From Candidatus Eiseniibacteriota bacterium (GTDB lineage: Bacteria; Eisenbacteria; RBG-16-71-46): DNA of 64,000 nt. The DNA is taken from assembly GCA_963717505.1 (NCBI GenBank), contig OY970342.1, forward strand, positions 1,472,001-1,536,000. The letters run 5' to 3'. The translations under genes and the position numbers were made by a program. Positions 54,372-64,000 of this stretch are shown piece by piece; positions within the stretch are counted from its first letter, which is position 1; each line of letters starts with the position of its first letter. The notes beneath the pieces are model-generated. The model worked only from the letters and a program-made list of their open reading frames with translations. It did no database searches and was not told where the DNA came from.

Positions 54372-56867
54372 TCATCGGATGCGGACAATCCTGGTGCCGA
54401 CGTTCAATTGCTTCGACTGAACGCGCGCCAGGTACACGCCCGCATCTACCTCACGGCCCGCGTCGTCTCGTCCATCCCAAGAGAAATGGTGCACCCCAGG
54501 AGTGAGGGCGCCACGGTGAAGTCGGCGCACGAGCCGGCCAGCGATGTCGAACACCACGACGCTGCCGTCCTCCGTTCCGGGCTGATCCAGTCGGAGGGTC
54601 ACGACTCTGGGAAACGGATTGGGAAAGGCGGCCAGGCGAATCCCAGCTGTCGACGATCCTTCCTCGATGGCTGTAATTCCGCGTGACAGGCTCGCGAAAT
54701 AAGAGTGGGGAAGCCCATCGACGGACCTGAAACTGCCGCCGAAGAGAACGCTGCCCTCGTGGACACCGATGGCCCAGATGGTACCGGTCGCATCTGCGCT
54801 CCATTCGGTGGGCAAACCCGTCGCTGCATCGATCGCTGCCAGGCGGTTTCTGGGCAGTCCGCCCATCTCGGTGAAGGTGCCACCCGCGTATACGATTCCC
54901 GAGCTGACAGCGAGGGAGGTGACCAACGTGTTGGCGTATGGGTTCCACGACGTGGCCATGCCGGTGGTGGCATCGAGGGCTGCGATGTTGTTCCGAAGCT
55001 CGCCGCCGATCATGGTGAAGGCGCCGCATGCGTAGACCGTCTCCCCTCGCACGACGAGTCCGCGGACGTACGCTGTGGCTTCCGGCACATTCGGGTTCCA
55101 GCTGGTAGCCGCACCCGTCGTGGCATCGAGTGCGGCGATGTGGTTGCGGGCCGCTCCGCCGATGGTTGTGAACTGGCCTCCTGCGTAGACGGTCCCGCCG
55201 CTCACGGCGAGAGCCAGTACATTCGAGTTCGCATACGGCACCCAGTCCAAGGGCCAGCCGGTGACCGTGTCCAGGGCGGCGAGGTAGTTGAATGGCCCAC
55301 CGACGACTTCGGTAAAGTAGCCACCGATGTAGAGCGCGCCTCCGCTGATGGCAAGTGCGGTGACGGCGCCATTCACATCGGAGTACCAATTAGGGACAGC
55401 GGTTCCAGTCCCGGCGTCGAGGGCTGCGATTCGCCTCCGTGGTCTCCCGCCGATGCGGGTAAATTCGCCGCCGGCGTAGACCCGGTTACCGTGCACGGCC
55501 AATGCGTAGACATCGCCGTCGGGGTCCGGGTTCCAATCGGTCGCCATGCCAGTGGCAGCGTCGAGGGCCGCGAGACGGTTCCGCGTCACTCCGCCGGCGC
55601 CGGTAAACCAACCTCCCACGTAGAGGATCCCCTCGGACACCGAGATCGCAGAGACAGGTCCATTGAGCCCGGGGTCCATGGGGATGACGGTGCCCTGTGA
55701 GTCGAACGCTGCGAGTTGCGCGTTGGTCTGGCCACCGATCGGGTCGAACCAGCCACCCGCGTAGATCGTGTCGCCATTCGCTGCGAAAGCCCGGACGGAT
55801 GAATAAGCGAGGTTCGGGTTCCAATCCGTGACGGCGCCGGTCACGGCGTCGACCGCGGCGATGCCGATGCGTGGCTGGTCGCCGATGGCGTAGAACTCGC
55901 CCCCGACGTACACCGTTCCGCCTCGGACCAATAGCGCATTCACCGTGTCGTCAGCACGCGGGTCCCAATCCGTGGCCACGCCGGTGACGGCGTCGACGGC
56001 GGCAAGGTGTTGGCGGTATTGACCACCCATATAGTAGAAATTCCCCGCGATGTAGACGAGCCCGTCGCGCACCGTCAAAGCACTCGCATGATCGAGCTTG
56101 AGGATCCGGTCCAGCGTCGGATCCCGCTGGTTGTCGTTGCGTGGGAGCGGACTACCGACGTTTCCCGGGTCCCATGGAGTGACCGCGCCGGTGGCGGAGT
56201 CCAGTGCAGCAACCAGGTATCGGGGCTGACCGCCCATGCTGAAGAACCATCCCGCCACGTAGACGGTTCCGCCGCTCGCCGCCAGGGCGACGATTCCCGC
56301 TCCTGCCTCGGGGTTCCAATCAGTGACCGCCCCACTCAGTGCGTCAACCGCTGCGATGCCGCCGCGCGGTTGGCCACCAATGGCGGAAAAGGACCCGGCG
56401 ACGTAGACCGTATTCCCGCTCACCGAGATGGCGTGAACGACGTCGTTTGGATCTCCATTGGGATTGGGGTTCCACGTCGTGAGATTCCCATCGCGGTCCA
56501 GGTGAGCGAGATTGCCGCGGGGTGTCCCCAACACGGCAGTGAAGGACCCACCGACATACCAACCCCCATTGCCATCACTGGCGACCGCGTTGGCGGTGCC
56601 CGCAATCATTGGGTAGGGCGCTCGCGGCTGCCCCGTGCTCGCATCCAGAGCGAGTGCGCAACCCGTGGCGGGGGAGATTCGCGTGAATGATCCGCCCAGG
56701 TAGACGATGCCGCCATTGCTCACAACCGTGCGCACATCCCCATTCGGCACCCAGAAGTCCTGTGAGACGAGTTGGGGCCAGACGTCGGTTGACGAGAAAA
56801 CGCCGGCAATGAGCAGGATCGCGCCTGTGACGCTCGAAACCCGCATAGGTTGGTTCCTCGGAGCCAT
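54372..56867 (-). CDS. Exported beta-propeller repeat protein with FlgD-Ig/T9SS-like C-terminal domain
   Basis: About 12 repeats V.A.AV.G.TVY.GG.F..IGG..R..AA.DA.TG....WNP; FPNPF...WDGRD...AGVYLAR. Confidence 0.85.
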   Translation of the reverse strand: MAPRNQPMRVSSVTGAILLIAGVFSSTDVWPQLVSQDFWVPNGDVRTVVSNGGIVYLGGSFTRISPATGCALALDASTGQPRAPYPMIAGTANAVASDGNGGWYVGGSFTAVLGTPRGNLAHLDRDGNLTTWNPNPNGDPNDVVHAISVSGNTVYVAGSFSAIGGQPRGGIAAVDALSGAVTDWNPEAGAGIVALAASGGTVYVAGWFFSMGGQPRYLVAALDSATGAVTPWDPGNVGSPLPRNDNQRDPTLDRILKLDHASALTVRDGLVYIAGNFYYMGGQYRQHLAAVDAVTGVATDWDPRADDTVNALLVRGGTVYVGGEFYAIGDQPRIGIAAVDAVTGAVTDWNPNLAYSSVRAFAANGDTIYAGGWFDPIGGQTNAQLAAFDSQGTVIPMDPGLNGPVSAISVSEGILYVGGWFTGAGGVTRNRLAALDAATGMATDWNPDPDGDVYALAVHGNRVYAGGEFTRIGGRPRRRIAALDAGTGTAVPNWYSDVNGAVTALAISGGALYIGGYFTEVVGGPFNYLAALDTVTGWPLDWVPYANSNVLALAVSGGTVYAGGQFTTIGGAARNHIAALDATTGAATSWNPNVPEATAYVRGLVVRGETVYACGAFTMIGGELRNNIAALDATTGMATSWNPYANTLVTSLAVSSGIVYAGGTFTEMGGLPRNRLAAIDAATGLPTEWSADATGTIWAIGVHEGSVLFGGSFRSVDGLPHSYFASLSRGITAIEEGSSTAGIRLAAFPNPFPRVVTLRLDQPGTEDGSVVVFDIAGRLVRRLHRGALTPGVHHFSWDGRDDAGREVDAGVYLARVQSKQLNVGTRIVRIR

Positions 56868-57056
56868 GCAGCGGCCTGAACGGCGCCGTGGTACTACCCA
56901 CCGTTAGCGGCATGAGTTCCGGAGCCCAGGGGCCAGGCCCGATCAAACGAGTGATCTATCGCGCGCGGCGGGAGTTCTACGGGCGAATGGCCAGCAAAGA
57001 TGGGAAGGCGCGAAAAAGCTACATACGGGCCGGTTCCCGGGGGCAGCTGCGGCGAC

Positions 57057-58553
57057 CTAGGTCCGCTGCTTCTTCTTCTCCGCCGCGGGGAACAGCACGT
57101 TGTTCAAGATCAGCCGGTAGCCCGGCGAGTCCTTGAAGCGCGACAGCTCGGTGGGCGGGTCGCCGACCATGTGCTGGTAGTCCTCGGGGTCGTGGCCGCC
57201 CATGAACGTGAACGTGCCGCGGCCGAACTGGCCGTGCAGGTACTTGATCTCGTCTGCGCCCTCGACTTCGCCGAGCACGACGATGCCGCTCTTCAGCCGC
57301 GCCCGCCGGAAGCCGGTGCTCTGCCCGAGGAACTCGGGCACCGCGTTCACGTGGTTCTGGATCAGCATGGTCGGCACCGGGTCGTTCTTGGCCGAGAAGT
57401 CGAACAGGGTGAACCAGGTGTTGGGTCCGCGGATCGCCGCTTCCTGGGTGACGTCGATGTCCGAGAAGCGATAGAGGAACGGATCCATCTCGAGTCGGAA
57501 GTCCTTGAAGGCGAGCGTGCGCGAGTAATCGAGCTTGCGGTTGGCGAGCGGGTCGGCCGGATCGCCGTCGTAGACGACGTCGGCGATGTCGATCCCCATC
57601 GCGGCGAGCCCGATGTCGTAGGTGTCGGTCGCCGAGCACATGCCGAACATGAAGCCGCCGCGGCCGACGTAGTCCTTGATCGCGAGTGCCACCGCGGCCT
57701 TGAGCTGCGAGACCTTGCCGAAGCCCAGCCGCTTGGCCATCGCCTGCTGCACCTGCTCCTCTTCCACGTACCAGGGGAAGGTGTGGTAGGCGGCGTAGAA
57801 CTTGCCGTGCTGGCCGGTGAAGTCCTCGTGGTGCAGGTGCAGCCAGTCGAACTTGGGCAGGTCGCCGCGAATCACCTCTTCGTCCCACACCTTTTCGTAG
57901 GGGATGCCGGCGTACTCGAGCGCCAGTGTGACGGCGTCGTCCCAAGGCGGCTTGTTGGGCGGAATGTAGACGGCGACCTTGGGCGGCTTCTCGAGTGCCA
58001 CCGCTTCCATGTTGTTGTCGGCGATCTCGGCGCGGATCGCGGCTTCGTCGGCGCCGCCGATCCGCTCGATCGTCACACCGCGAATGTTGGCCTCGCGCGC
58101 GATCGACGCATCGTCGGGCAGGAGGAACGAGCCGCCGCGATAGTTGAGCAGCCACTCGCCCTTGGCGCCCTGCGAGAGCGCCCAATAGGTGAGTCCATAG
58201 GCGCGCAGATGATCGGTCTGGGCCTCGTCCATCGGAACCAGCACCTTGGCGTGCGCGGGTGCCGCGGCGAGTGCCAGGGAAGCCGCGAGCGCCACCGGCC
58301 AGATCTCGACGATTTCGGCCCACGAATTGTCGCGCTTGGCGGGGGTCTTCATGTCGCTCCGCTGCATACGCCGCCGAGCACGGTGGGTGAGCAACAACGC
58401 GATCCCCAAGGTCAGCACCGTGACCACGGCGACCACGATCATCACCGCGACCGAGGCGAGTGCGCCCGCCACGGCCAACAACGGACCACGCGGCCTCCGG
58501 GGCGGGGTGCCCAGGAAGGATCGTCCAACGTCGATTCGATAGACGCGTCGCAT
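57057..58553 (-). CDS. Conserved exported glutamine-amidotransferase-like protein (family often mislabelled asparagine synthetase B)
   Basis: LVPMD..QTDHLRAYG, WLLNYRGGSF, LHLHHEDFTGQ, MCSATDT, GHDPEDYQH. Confidence 0.75.
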   Translation of the reverse strand: MRRVYRIDVGRSFLGTPPRRPRGPLLAVAGALASVAVMIVVAVVTVLTLGIALLLTHRARRRMQRSDMKTPAKRDNSWAEIVEIWPVALAASLALAAAPAHAKVLVPMDEAQTDHLRAYGLTYWALSQGAKGEWLLNYRGGSFLLPDDASIAREANIRGVTIERIGGADEAAIRAEIADNNMEAVALEKPPKVAVYIPPNKPPWDDAVTLALEYAGIPYEKVWDEEVIRGDLPKFDWLHLHHEDFTGQHGKFYAAYHTFPWYVEEEQVQQAMAKRLGFGKVSQLKAAVALAIKDYVGRGGFMFGMCSATDTYDIGLAAMGIDIADVVYDGDPADPLANRKLDYSRTLAFKDFRLEMDPFLYRFSDIDVTQEAAIRGPNTWFTLFDFSAKNDPVPTMLIQNHVNAVPEFLGQSTGFRRARLKSGIVVLGEVEGADEIKYLHGQFGRGTFTFMGGHDPEDYQHMVGDPPTELSRFKDSPGYRLILNNVLFPAAEKKKQRT

Positions 58554-58603
58554 GGGGCGGATTATCTCAGATGCCTATGGGGGGCCATACGGAAAGCTGT
58601 GGG

Positions 58604-60328
58604 TTAGAACCGGCGTTCCCGGCGGAGCTGTTCCAGGCTCCTCCGGACTTCGGCCGCGTTCCAGGCCTTCGGATAGCGCGCCAGGCACTCCTCGTACTGG
58701 GCCAGAGCCCGCGGCTCGTCCTTCAGCTTCATGTAAAGATCTCCGGCGCGTTGCCGGGCGACCGGCGCCAGCCGGTCCTCGGGGAGGGAATCGGCCACTG
58801 CCAGCACCGGCACGAGCGCCGCCTTGAACTCGCCGATACGCTCCCGATGGACGCTGACCAGAACCGCGACCTGCGCCCACATCGACCGTCGGGGCAGCTC
58901 GCGGTAGAGCGTTTCGGCGATCGCGAGCGAGCGGTCGTGCTGGCCGCGCCACTCTTCCCACGCCGCGCGCCCGAGCGGGGCGAGTGCCGACTTGGGGTCG
59001 GCGTCCTCGATCAGGAACGACCGCTCGAGGGCAGCGCCCGCGAACGGACTGCGGGGCTCGTTGGCGATCTGCTGATAGACCGTGAGCGCCGAGTCGGCCA
59101 TGCCGGCGTAGAACAGAACCTCGGCGTAGCGATACTGCGCCTCGGCCGAAGTCGCCGAAGCCATCAGCAGTCCCGGCAGCGCCCGTTCGGGTGGCCCGTC
59201 CTTCAGGTCGGCGAGCGAGCGCTCGTAGTCGATCGAACGCTTGAGCGAGGGATCCGACCCACGAGAGTCGAGCAGCGCGCGTGCGTCGTCGGTGCGGCCC
59301 GCCTGACGCAGTCCGCGCGCGACGCCGACCAGCAGCTCGGGATCCCAGCGGGTCGACGGGATGTCGCGCAGCGCCTGCTGCATGCGAATCGCGGCCAGCG
59401 GCTCCCCGGACCGGCGTTGGACCAGAGTCCACGCGCGACGGGCGCCTTGAAGCCGATCGGTCTCGGGCTGGCCGTCGTCGGCGGAGAGTGCGAGCAGCGC
59501 CTCGATCGCGGTGGTGGTGTCGGCGGCGGAACCCATGGCCAGCACGTCATCCGCGAACAGCCAGCGCAGCGAGGGGCGGTACTGGGGGCCGTCGGCGCGC
59601 TCGAGCACCTTGAGCGCTGCGGCCATGTCGCCCGCGACCCACTCGAGCCGCGCGCGACCCCGCTGGAGATCCGACCGCTCGGGCAGCTTGTCGACCGTCT
59701 TGCGCACCGCCTCACGGATGCCCTTGGAGTCGGCTTCCATCAGCCGGCCGAGGCTGGTGATCGCCCAACCCATTTCATAGGGCGAGGCCGCCCACGATTC
59801 GAGCACGATCTGCGCGGCGTCGCGCGGTCGCTCCTGCCGCTCGAGCGCGGTCGCCAGTTCGCGGCTCAACAGCAGCGAGTCCTTGGCCCACGTGCGCTCG
59901 GCGCGACCGAGCTTCTCGACCGCCGACCAATTGCGCTGATCCAGGTAAACGAGCGCCAGCTCGGTAACCACCAGCGGGTGGTGCGGCGCTTCCACGTTGA
60001 GCGACGTCAGGGTGGTCAGCGCCTCTTCGATCATTCGCGCCTGACGGTAGGCCTGCGCCTGACGGAACTTCTGCAGGTGCTTGGGGTCGAGCGCCGGAAT
60101 CTCGCGACGCGGCGGGATCGTGCCCGGCTGGGGCGCGATCGTCACCTGGATCGGGGGGCGCTGAGGATTCGTGGGCGCCGTCTGCGCAGCCGCGAAGTTC
60201 GCCTCGACCACGGACAGGACCAGCGCCAGGACGGCAGGCAATGCGCGCGCGATGTTCCGCGCTGGGGCCACGGAGCCGTTCCGCGCCGCAGCCCGCGCCA
60301 GCCGGACGGCCGCGGCGGCCTGGGTCAT
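58604..60328 (-). CDS. Tetratricopeptide repeat protein, exported
   Basis: Signal-like segment; helical repeats; A..QYEECL..YP; ATGA coupling. Confidence 0.75.
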   Translation of the reverse strand: MTQAAAAVRLARAAARNGSVAPARNIARALPAVLALVLSVVEANFAAAQTAPTNPQRPPIQVTIAPQPGTIPPRREIPALDPKHLQKFRQAQAYRQARMIEEALTTLTSLNVEAPHHPLVVTELALVYLDQRNWSAVEKLGRAERTWAKDSLLLSRELATALERQERPRDAAQIVLESWAASPYEMGWAITSLGRLMEADSKGIREAVRKTVDKLPERSDLQRGRARLEWVAGDMAAALKVLERADGPQYRPSLRWLFADDVLAMGSAADTTTAIEALLALSADDGQPETDRLQGARRAWTLVQRRSGEPLAAIRMQQALRDIPSTRWDPELLVGVARGLRQAGRTDDARALLDSRGSDPSLKRSIDYERSLADLKDGPPERALPGLLMASATSAEAQYRYAEVLFYAGMADSALTVYQQIANEPRSPFAGAALERSFLIEDADPKSALAPLGRAAWEEWRGQHDRSLAIAETLYRELPRRSMWAQVAVLVSVHRERIGEFKAALVPVLAVADSLPEDRLAPVARQRAGDLYMKLKDEPRALAQYEECLARYPKAWNAAEVRRSLEQLRRERRF

Positions 60329-63300
60329 CGGCGCGTTCCGTTGAGCGATCGCAGATAGGCTTCGATGTAGGAGCGGTACTGAGCCGGGTAGCGGTCGGAC
60401 TCGGCGCGCAGCAGGTCGAGGCGCAGGCGGTCGCTCTCGCGCAGCAGCTCCTCGGGAATCTCGGGCGCCGAGGTCCGCGTGAACTCCTCGCCCGATCGCG
60501 ATTCGCGCTCGGGGTCGAAATCGCGCCGGTTCACCGAACGCTGGGCGTCGAGCAGCCGCGACAGGATGCGCGTCTGCTTCTCCTCGAGGTCGCCGCCGAT
60601 CGAGCCCTGGCGCAGGGCTTCCTCGACTTCCTTCATCTCGCGCTCGGCGGCATCGAGGCGCCCGAGCAGCTCGCGGCGCTCCTGGTCGTCCCGCTGGATC
60701 TGCTGCAGTTGTTCGCGCAGGCGCGACTGTTCCTGGGCCAGGCGTTCCAGCTCGCTCTGGTCGCCGGCGCTCAGCCGCATCTGCTGGGACAAGCGCTGGG
60801 CGAGACTCCTCGAGCGCTGATTGAGCTGCTGCTGCTGCTGGCCGACATCGGCCATGCGTTGTCCGGTGCCCTGCTGCTGGCCCTCGCCTTGCCCCGGCAT
60901 CTTGCACATCGACTGCTCCGCCGCGCGCAGCTCGAGCACTGCCTGGTTCAGGGCCGAACCGGCTTCCTGGCCGAGCTGGTCGCCGCGGGCGCGGTTGCCG
61001 GCGCCAAAATCCTTGCCCGACTGCGAGAGTTGATTCATGGCGCGACCGAGCGCTTCGCCGAGTTCCGGGCTCAGGAACGGGTTGCTCTCCGACAGGGTCG
61101 TCAGCGAATCCGCCACCCGCGCGACCCCTTCGGACAGATCGGTCTGGCGATTTGCGCGCTGGCTCATGGCCTGCTGGTCCTTGAGGTTCTCCTCGGACTC
61201 GCGCTGGAGCGACACCAGATCCTGCGCCGCGCGCCGGATGGCGGCGGTGTCGAGCTGCTGACGCTGCGCCTGGGACTGCGCGGTCAGGCTGCGCATGCGC
61301 TGGGCCGCCTTCTGCAGGCCCTTGCTCGCCTGCTGGCCCTTTTGCAGCGCATTCGACGCTTCCTGCTTGCGCGCCGACTCCGCCGACTCGTGTTGCGGCT
61401 GGGCCGCTTCCTGCTCGAGCTGCTCGGCGGTCTCCTTCATCTCCTGCTCGCTGCCGCCCTCACCGCTCTCCCCGGCCTGCTGCTCGACGTCCTTGGCCAA
61501 CTGCTCGGTCTCGCGCGCCGCCTCTTCCTGTCGCTCGGCGAGCTTGCCGGCCTCTTCCGATTCCTTCGACGAGTCCTGGCCCTTGGCGTCTTCCGGCGTG
61601 TTCTTCGCGGCCTGCTCGCGCGCTTCGTGCTCGCGATTGAGCTGGTCCTGCATCGCCTTCAGCTCCTCGGCGCGCTGAGCGAGCGCCTGGAGTTGTTCCT
61701 CCTCGCGCAGCTGCTTGAGCAGCTCGATCGTGCGCTCGAGGTTCTTGATCATCTCCTGGTTTTCCTGGCGCCACTGCGGGAGCTGATTCTCGAGGGCCTG
61801 GCGATCCATTTTTTCGAGGGCTTCCTGCATGCGTTTCATCGCATCGCGGAACTCCTTCGACTGGACCTGGTCCATCAACTGCGCCATCTCGCGCAGGCGC
61901 TCGGCCAACTCCTCGTTGAAGGCGTCGCGCTCCTCGGCCTTGGCCATGCTCTCGCGCAGCTCGTGCGAGGCGTCTTCGAGCTGCTTGGCCAGCTCCTGCT
62001 GGCGCTCGAGCGAGCTCTTGAGCTCCTCGCTGCGCTCGAACGCCGGCTGCTGGGGGGCGGCGCGCTGCGGGCGCTGGCGGCTCAGCTGGTCGAGCGACTT
62101 CTGCAGCTCGCGCGACTGGTCGGCCACCTTTTCGAGCGACTTCTGCACCCGGCCCTGCGATTGATCGATGTCGTCGTACAGCTCGGCCAGCGACGGGAAG
62201 CGCAGCTCGAAGGTCGGGCTCTCGGCGCGGCCACGGCCGCCGATCGCGTTGTCGTCGAACAGCACGAAGCGGAACACCGCGCTCTGTCCGGGGAGGAGTC
62301 CGAGCGGCGAGGCGTCCCAGCGGGCGCGGACTTCGGCCTCGCGCGGACGCGCGGGGAAGCCGGCGAGCGGAACCTCGGCCCACGGCTCGGACGGGTCGCG
62401 ACGGAACTCGAGCCTGAGCTCGGTCAAGCCGAGATCGTCCTGGCCGACCAGCTCGACCGGGATCTGCTGGCCGGCCGGCAGGTCGACGTCGCCGGTCGGC
62501 ACGCGCACCGCGAGCACCGGCGGCGCATCGCCGAGCGCCGAGATCCGGTAGCGGAAACGTCCCTCGCCCTGATTCGCGACCGCGTGCAGCTCGTACTCGC
62601 CGTTCGCCGTCACCGGCAGCTCGCCTTGCCAGCGGCGCGCGGTCAGCGCGCTCCATGCGGCCGGCGCTCCAGCGCCGGTCGTCGCCTCGAGACTCTGGAG
62701 GTCGCGATCGAAGGTCACCGCGACCCGCGCGCGCGAGCCGCGCAACGCGGCGAGATCACCTCGCAACGCCGAGCCGCGCTGAACCGGGAGGCGGGCGTAG
62801 GCCGGCGCCTGGTACTCGACTTCGAAGCTGACCGGCACCGGTTCGCCGGCCATCGCGATGTGGTAGCGCGGACTCTCGGTCGAGGCGACGCGCACCGAGT
62901 AGTCCTCTTCGCGCGTGAGCTGCGCCAGGTCGAAGCGCCACAGGCGTCCCGCGGCCGACTGCCCGTCGGCGACGCCTTCGACCGCAGTACCGTGCGTGCG
63001 CGACAGACGCGGACGCCGGTCGCTGCCGTTGACCCGCGCGTACACCGCGAGAGAAGCGCCCGGCGTCACCTTCACCGAACCGGGCTCGACGCTGAGTGTC
63101 ACCGGCGGTGCGGCAAGCTCGGGATTCCACAGGGTTCGCCACGAGCGTTCGAAGCGCTGAGGCGCGATCACTGCCGCGACCGCCAGCACCGCGAGGCAGC
63201 CGAGCACCACCGCGGCGGGTCTTCCCGGTCGAATGGCGGGCCTGAGGCCCGCGAACGGCAGACGATCGACTCGGCGTGCGGTTTCGTCGAGCACGGCGTC

Positions 63301-63678
63301 TGCGAGCTGCGTCGAGGTCCCTCGCGCCTCGCCCGAGGCAGCGTCGAAGTCGACGGCGTTGCGCAGCCAGGAGCGCAGCTCGGGGAAGTGCTTCTCGGCG
63401 GCTTCGAGGAACACGTCGTAGCGCGGAGCGCGACGCAGGAAACGCCGAACCGCCCAGACCAACACGAAGAGCAGCGCCGCACCGAGGAAGGTAACCCGCA
63501 ACCACGCCGCGCCGACCCCGAGTGTCGCGAGCACACCCGCCAACGTCGCCAGCGTTAGAGGAACCGCGGCCAGCGCCGCGCCGCGCACTCCGGCATACCA
63601 CGCATGGGCGCGGCGGACGACACGGTGGTGCCGATCGAGGACCTTCCGAATCGAGCCCTGGGGCGCGCGGTCGTTCAT
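60325..63678 (-). CDS. DUF4175-like membrane-anchored protein with long Gln/Glu-rich coiled coil
   Basis: N-terminal TMs, PAY, DDLGL, DDNAIGG, coiled coil, YRSYIEAYLRSL end. Confidence 0.8.
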   Translation of the reverse strand: MNDRAPQGSIRKVLDRHHRVVRRAHAWYAGVRGAALAAVPLTLATLAGVLATLGVGAAWLRVTFLGAALLFVLVWAVRRFLRRAPRYDVFLEAAEKHFPELRSWLRNAVDFDAASGEARGTSTQLADAVLDETARRVDRLPFAGLRPAIRPGRPAAVVLGCLAVLAVAAVIAPQRFERSWRTLWNPELAAPPVTLSVEPGSVKVTPGASLAVYARVNGSDRRPRLSRTHGTAVEGVADGQSAAGRLWRFDLAQLTREEDYSVRVASTESPRYHIAMAGEPVPVSFEVEYQAPAYARLPVQRGSALRGDLAALRGSRARVAVTFDRDLQSLEATTGAGAPAAWSALTARRWQGELPVTANGEYELHAVANQGEGRFRYRISALGDAPPVLAVRVPTGDVDLPAGQQIPVELVGQDDLGLTELRLEFRRDPSEPWAEVPLAGFPARPREAEVRARWDASPLGLLPGQSAVFRFVLFDDNAIGGRGRAESPTFELRFPSLAELYDDIDQSQGRVQKSLEKVADQSRELQKSLDQLSRQRPQRAAPQQPAFERSEELKSSLERQQELAKQLEDASHELRESMAKAEERDAFNEELAERLREMAQLMDQVQSKEFRDAMKRMQEALEKMDRQALENQLPQWRQENQEMIKNLERTIELLKQLREEEQLQALAQRAEELKAMQDQLNREHEAREQAAKNTPEDAKGQDSSKESEEAGKLAERQEEAARETEQLAKDVEQQAGESGEGGSEQEMKETAEQLEQEAAQPQHESAESARKQEASNALQKGQQASKGLQKAAQRMRSLTAQSQAQRQQLDTAAIRRAAQDLVSLQRESEENLKDQQAMSQRANRQTDLSEGVARVADSLTTLSESNPFLSPELGEALGRAMNQLSQSGKDFGAGNRARGDQLGQEAGSALNQAVLELRAAEQSMCKMPGQGEGQQQGTGQRMADVGQQQQQLNQRSRSLAQRLSQQMRLSAGDQSELERLAQEQSRLREQLQQIQRDDQERRELLGRLDAAEREMKEVEEALRQGSIGGDLEEKQTRILSRLLDAQRSVNRRDFDPERESRSGEEFTRTSAPEIPEELLRESDRLRLDLLRAESDRYPAQYRSYIEAYLRSLNGTRR

Positions 63679-63738
63679 GTGCGTTCTCGGCCCGGTCGGT
63701 GTCGAATCGCGCCGCGTTCCGAGCAGCACGGCTCGTCG

Positions 63739-63999
63739 TCAGTTCGTGAGCGCGTGCTGGACGATGTTGAGCGCCATGCGCATCGCGGCGTCACGTTTTT
63801 CGGGCGGGTCGTGGTGGACCTCCTCGTCCTCGAGGCCGTCCCCCAGATCCGTGTCGAACGTAAAGAGTACTGCCAGCCTTCCATCCCAGACAATGCCAAA
63901 CGCTTTGGGAGCGCCGCCGCTGTGCTCGTGGATCTTGGGCAACCCCTGGGGGAATTCGTAAAGGGCGTGAAAAATAGGATGCGAGAACGGCAGCTCGAC
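63739..63999 (-). CDS. DUF4159 domain protein (5' truncated)
   Basis: ELPFSHPIFH, GLPKIHEH, TDLGDG.ED, AMRMALNI. Confidence 0.85.
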   Translation of the reverse strand, partial: VELPFSHPIFHALYEFPQGLPKIHEHSGGAPKAFGIVWDGRLAVLFTFDTDLGDGLEDEEVHHDPPEKRDAAMRMALNIVQHALTN

Positions 64000-64000
64000 C

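Noticed and set aside
54700-56700. Repeats of roughly 150 nt
   Set aside because: Beta-propeller blade repeats within one CDS
57057-58553. Asparagine synthetase function
   Set aside because: No N-terminal Ntn Cys and no PP-loop SGGxDS; the protein appears exported
60241-63558. 1105-aa plus-strand ORF
   Set aside because: Antisense shadow of the DUF4175-like gene; typical of high-GC DNA, no motifs

Overview
High-GC bacterial chromosomal window from a diderm. Several exported proteins end in FlgD-Ig/T9SS-like C-terminal domains, and the futalosine-pathway gene mqnD, cdaA and a DUF4159-DUF4175-TPR cluster are present. Together these suggest an FCB-related lineage such as Eisenbacteria, which is inference only. 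It holds about 55 CDS, one tRNA(CAT) and several clean sigma70-type promoters. I saw no rRNA, CRISPR array, transposase or integrase. Housekeeping blocks: folP-cdaA, tRNA-tilS-hpt-ftsH, thiolase-FadJ-like, hflX-mqnD, trxA, nnr and an MrfA/MrfB-like repair pair. Main points of interest: (1) a 446-aa Ser1 intein with LAGLIDADG and HTH domains inserted just after the FtsH pore-1 loop; (2) a six-gene, tightly coupled operon of uncharacterised exported proteins, including two CxxCP paralogs and an alpha/beta hydrolase lacking its catalytic residues; (3) a double zinc-ribbon/Gly-rich/cold-shock fusion with a long 5' UTR; (4) a candidate arrest-type leader ORF and an SD-occluding structure upstream of a TonB-dependent receptor; (5) a structured non-coding stretch downstream of ftsH; (6) a lipoprotein with a pilin-like body; (7) short rare-codon islands inside conserved NTPase motifs. 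Family calls come from motif recognition by eye, not database searches.
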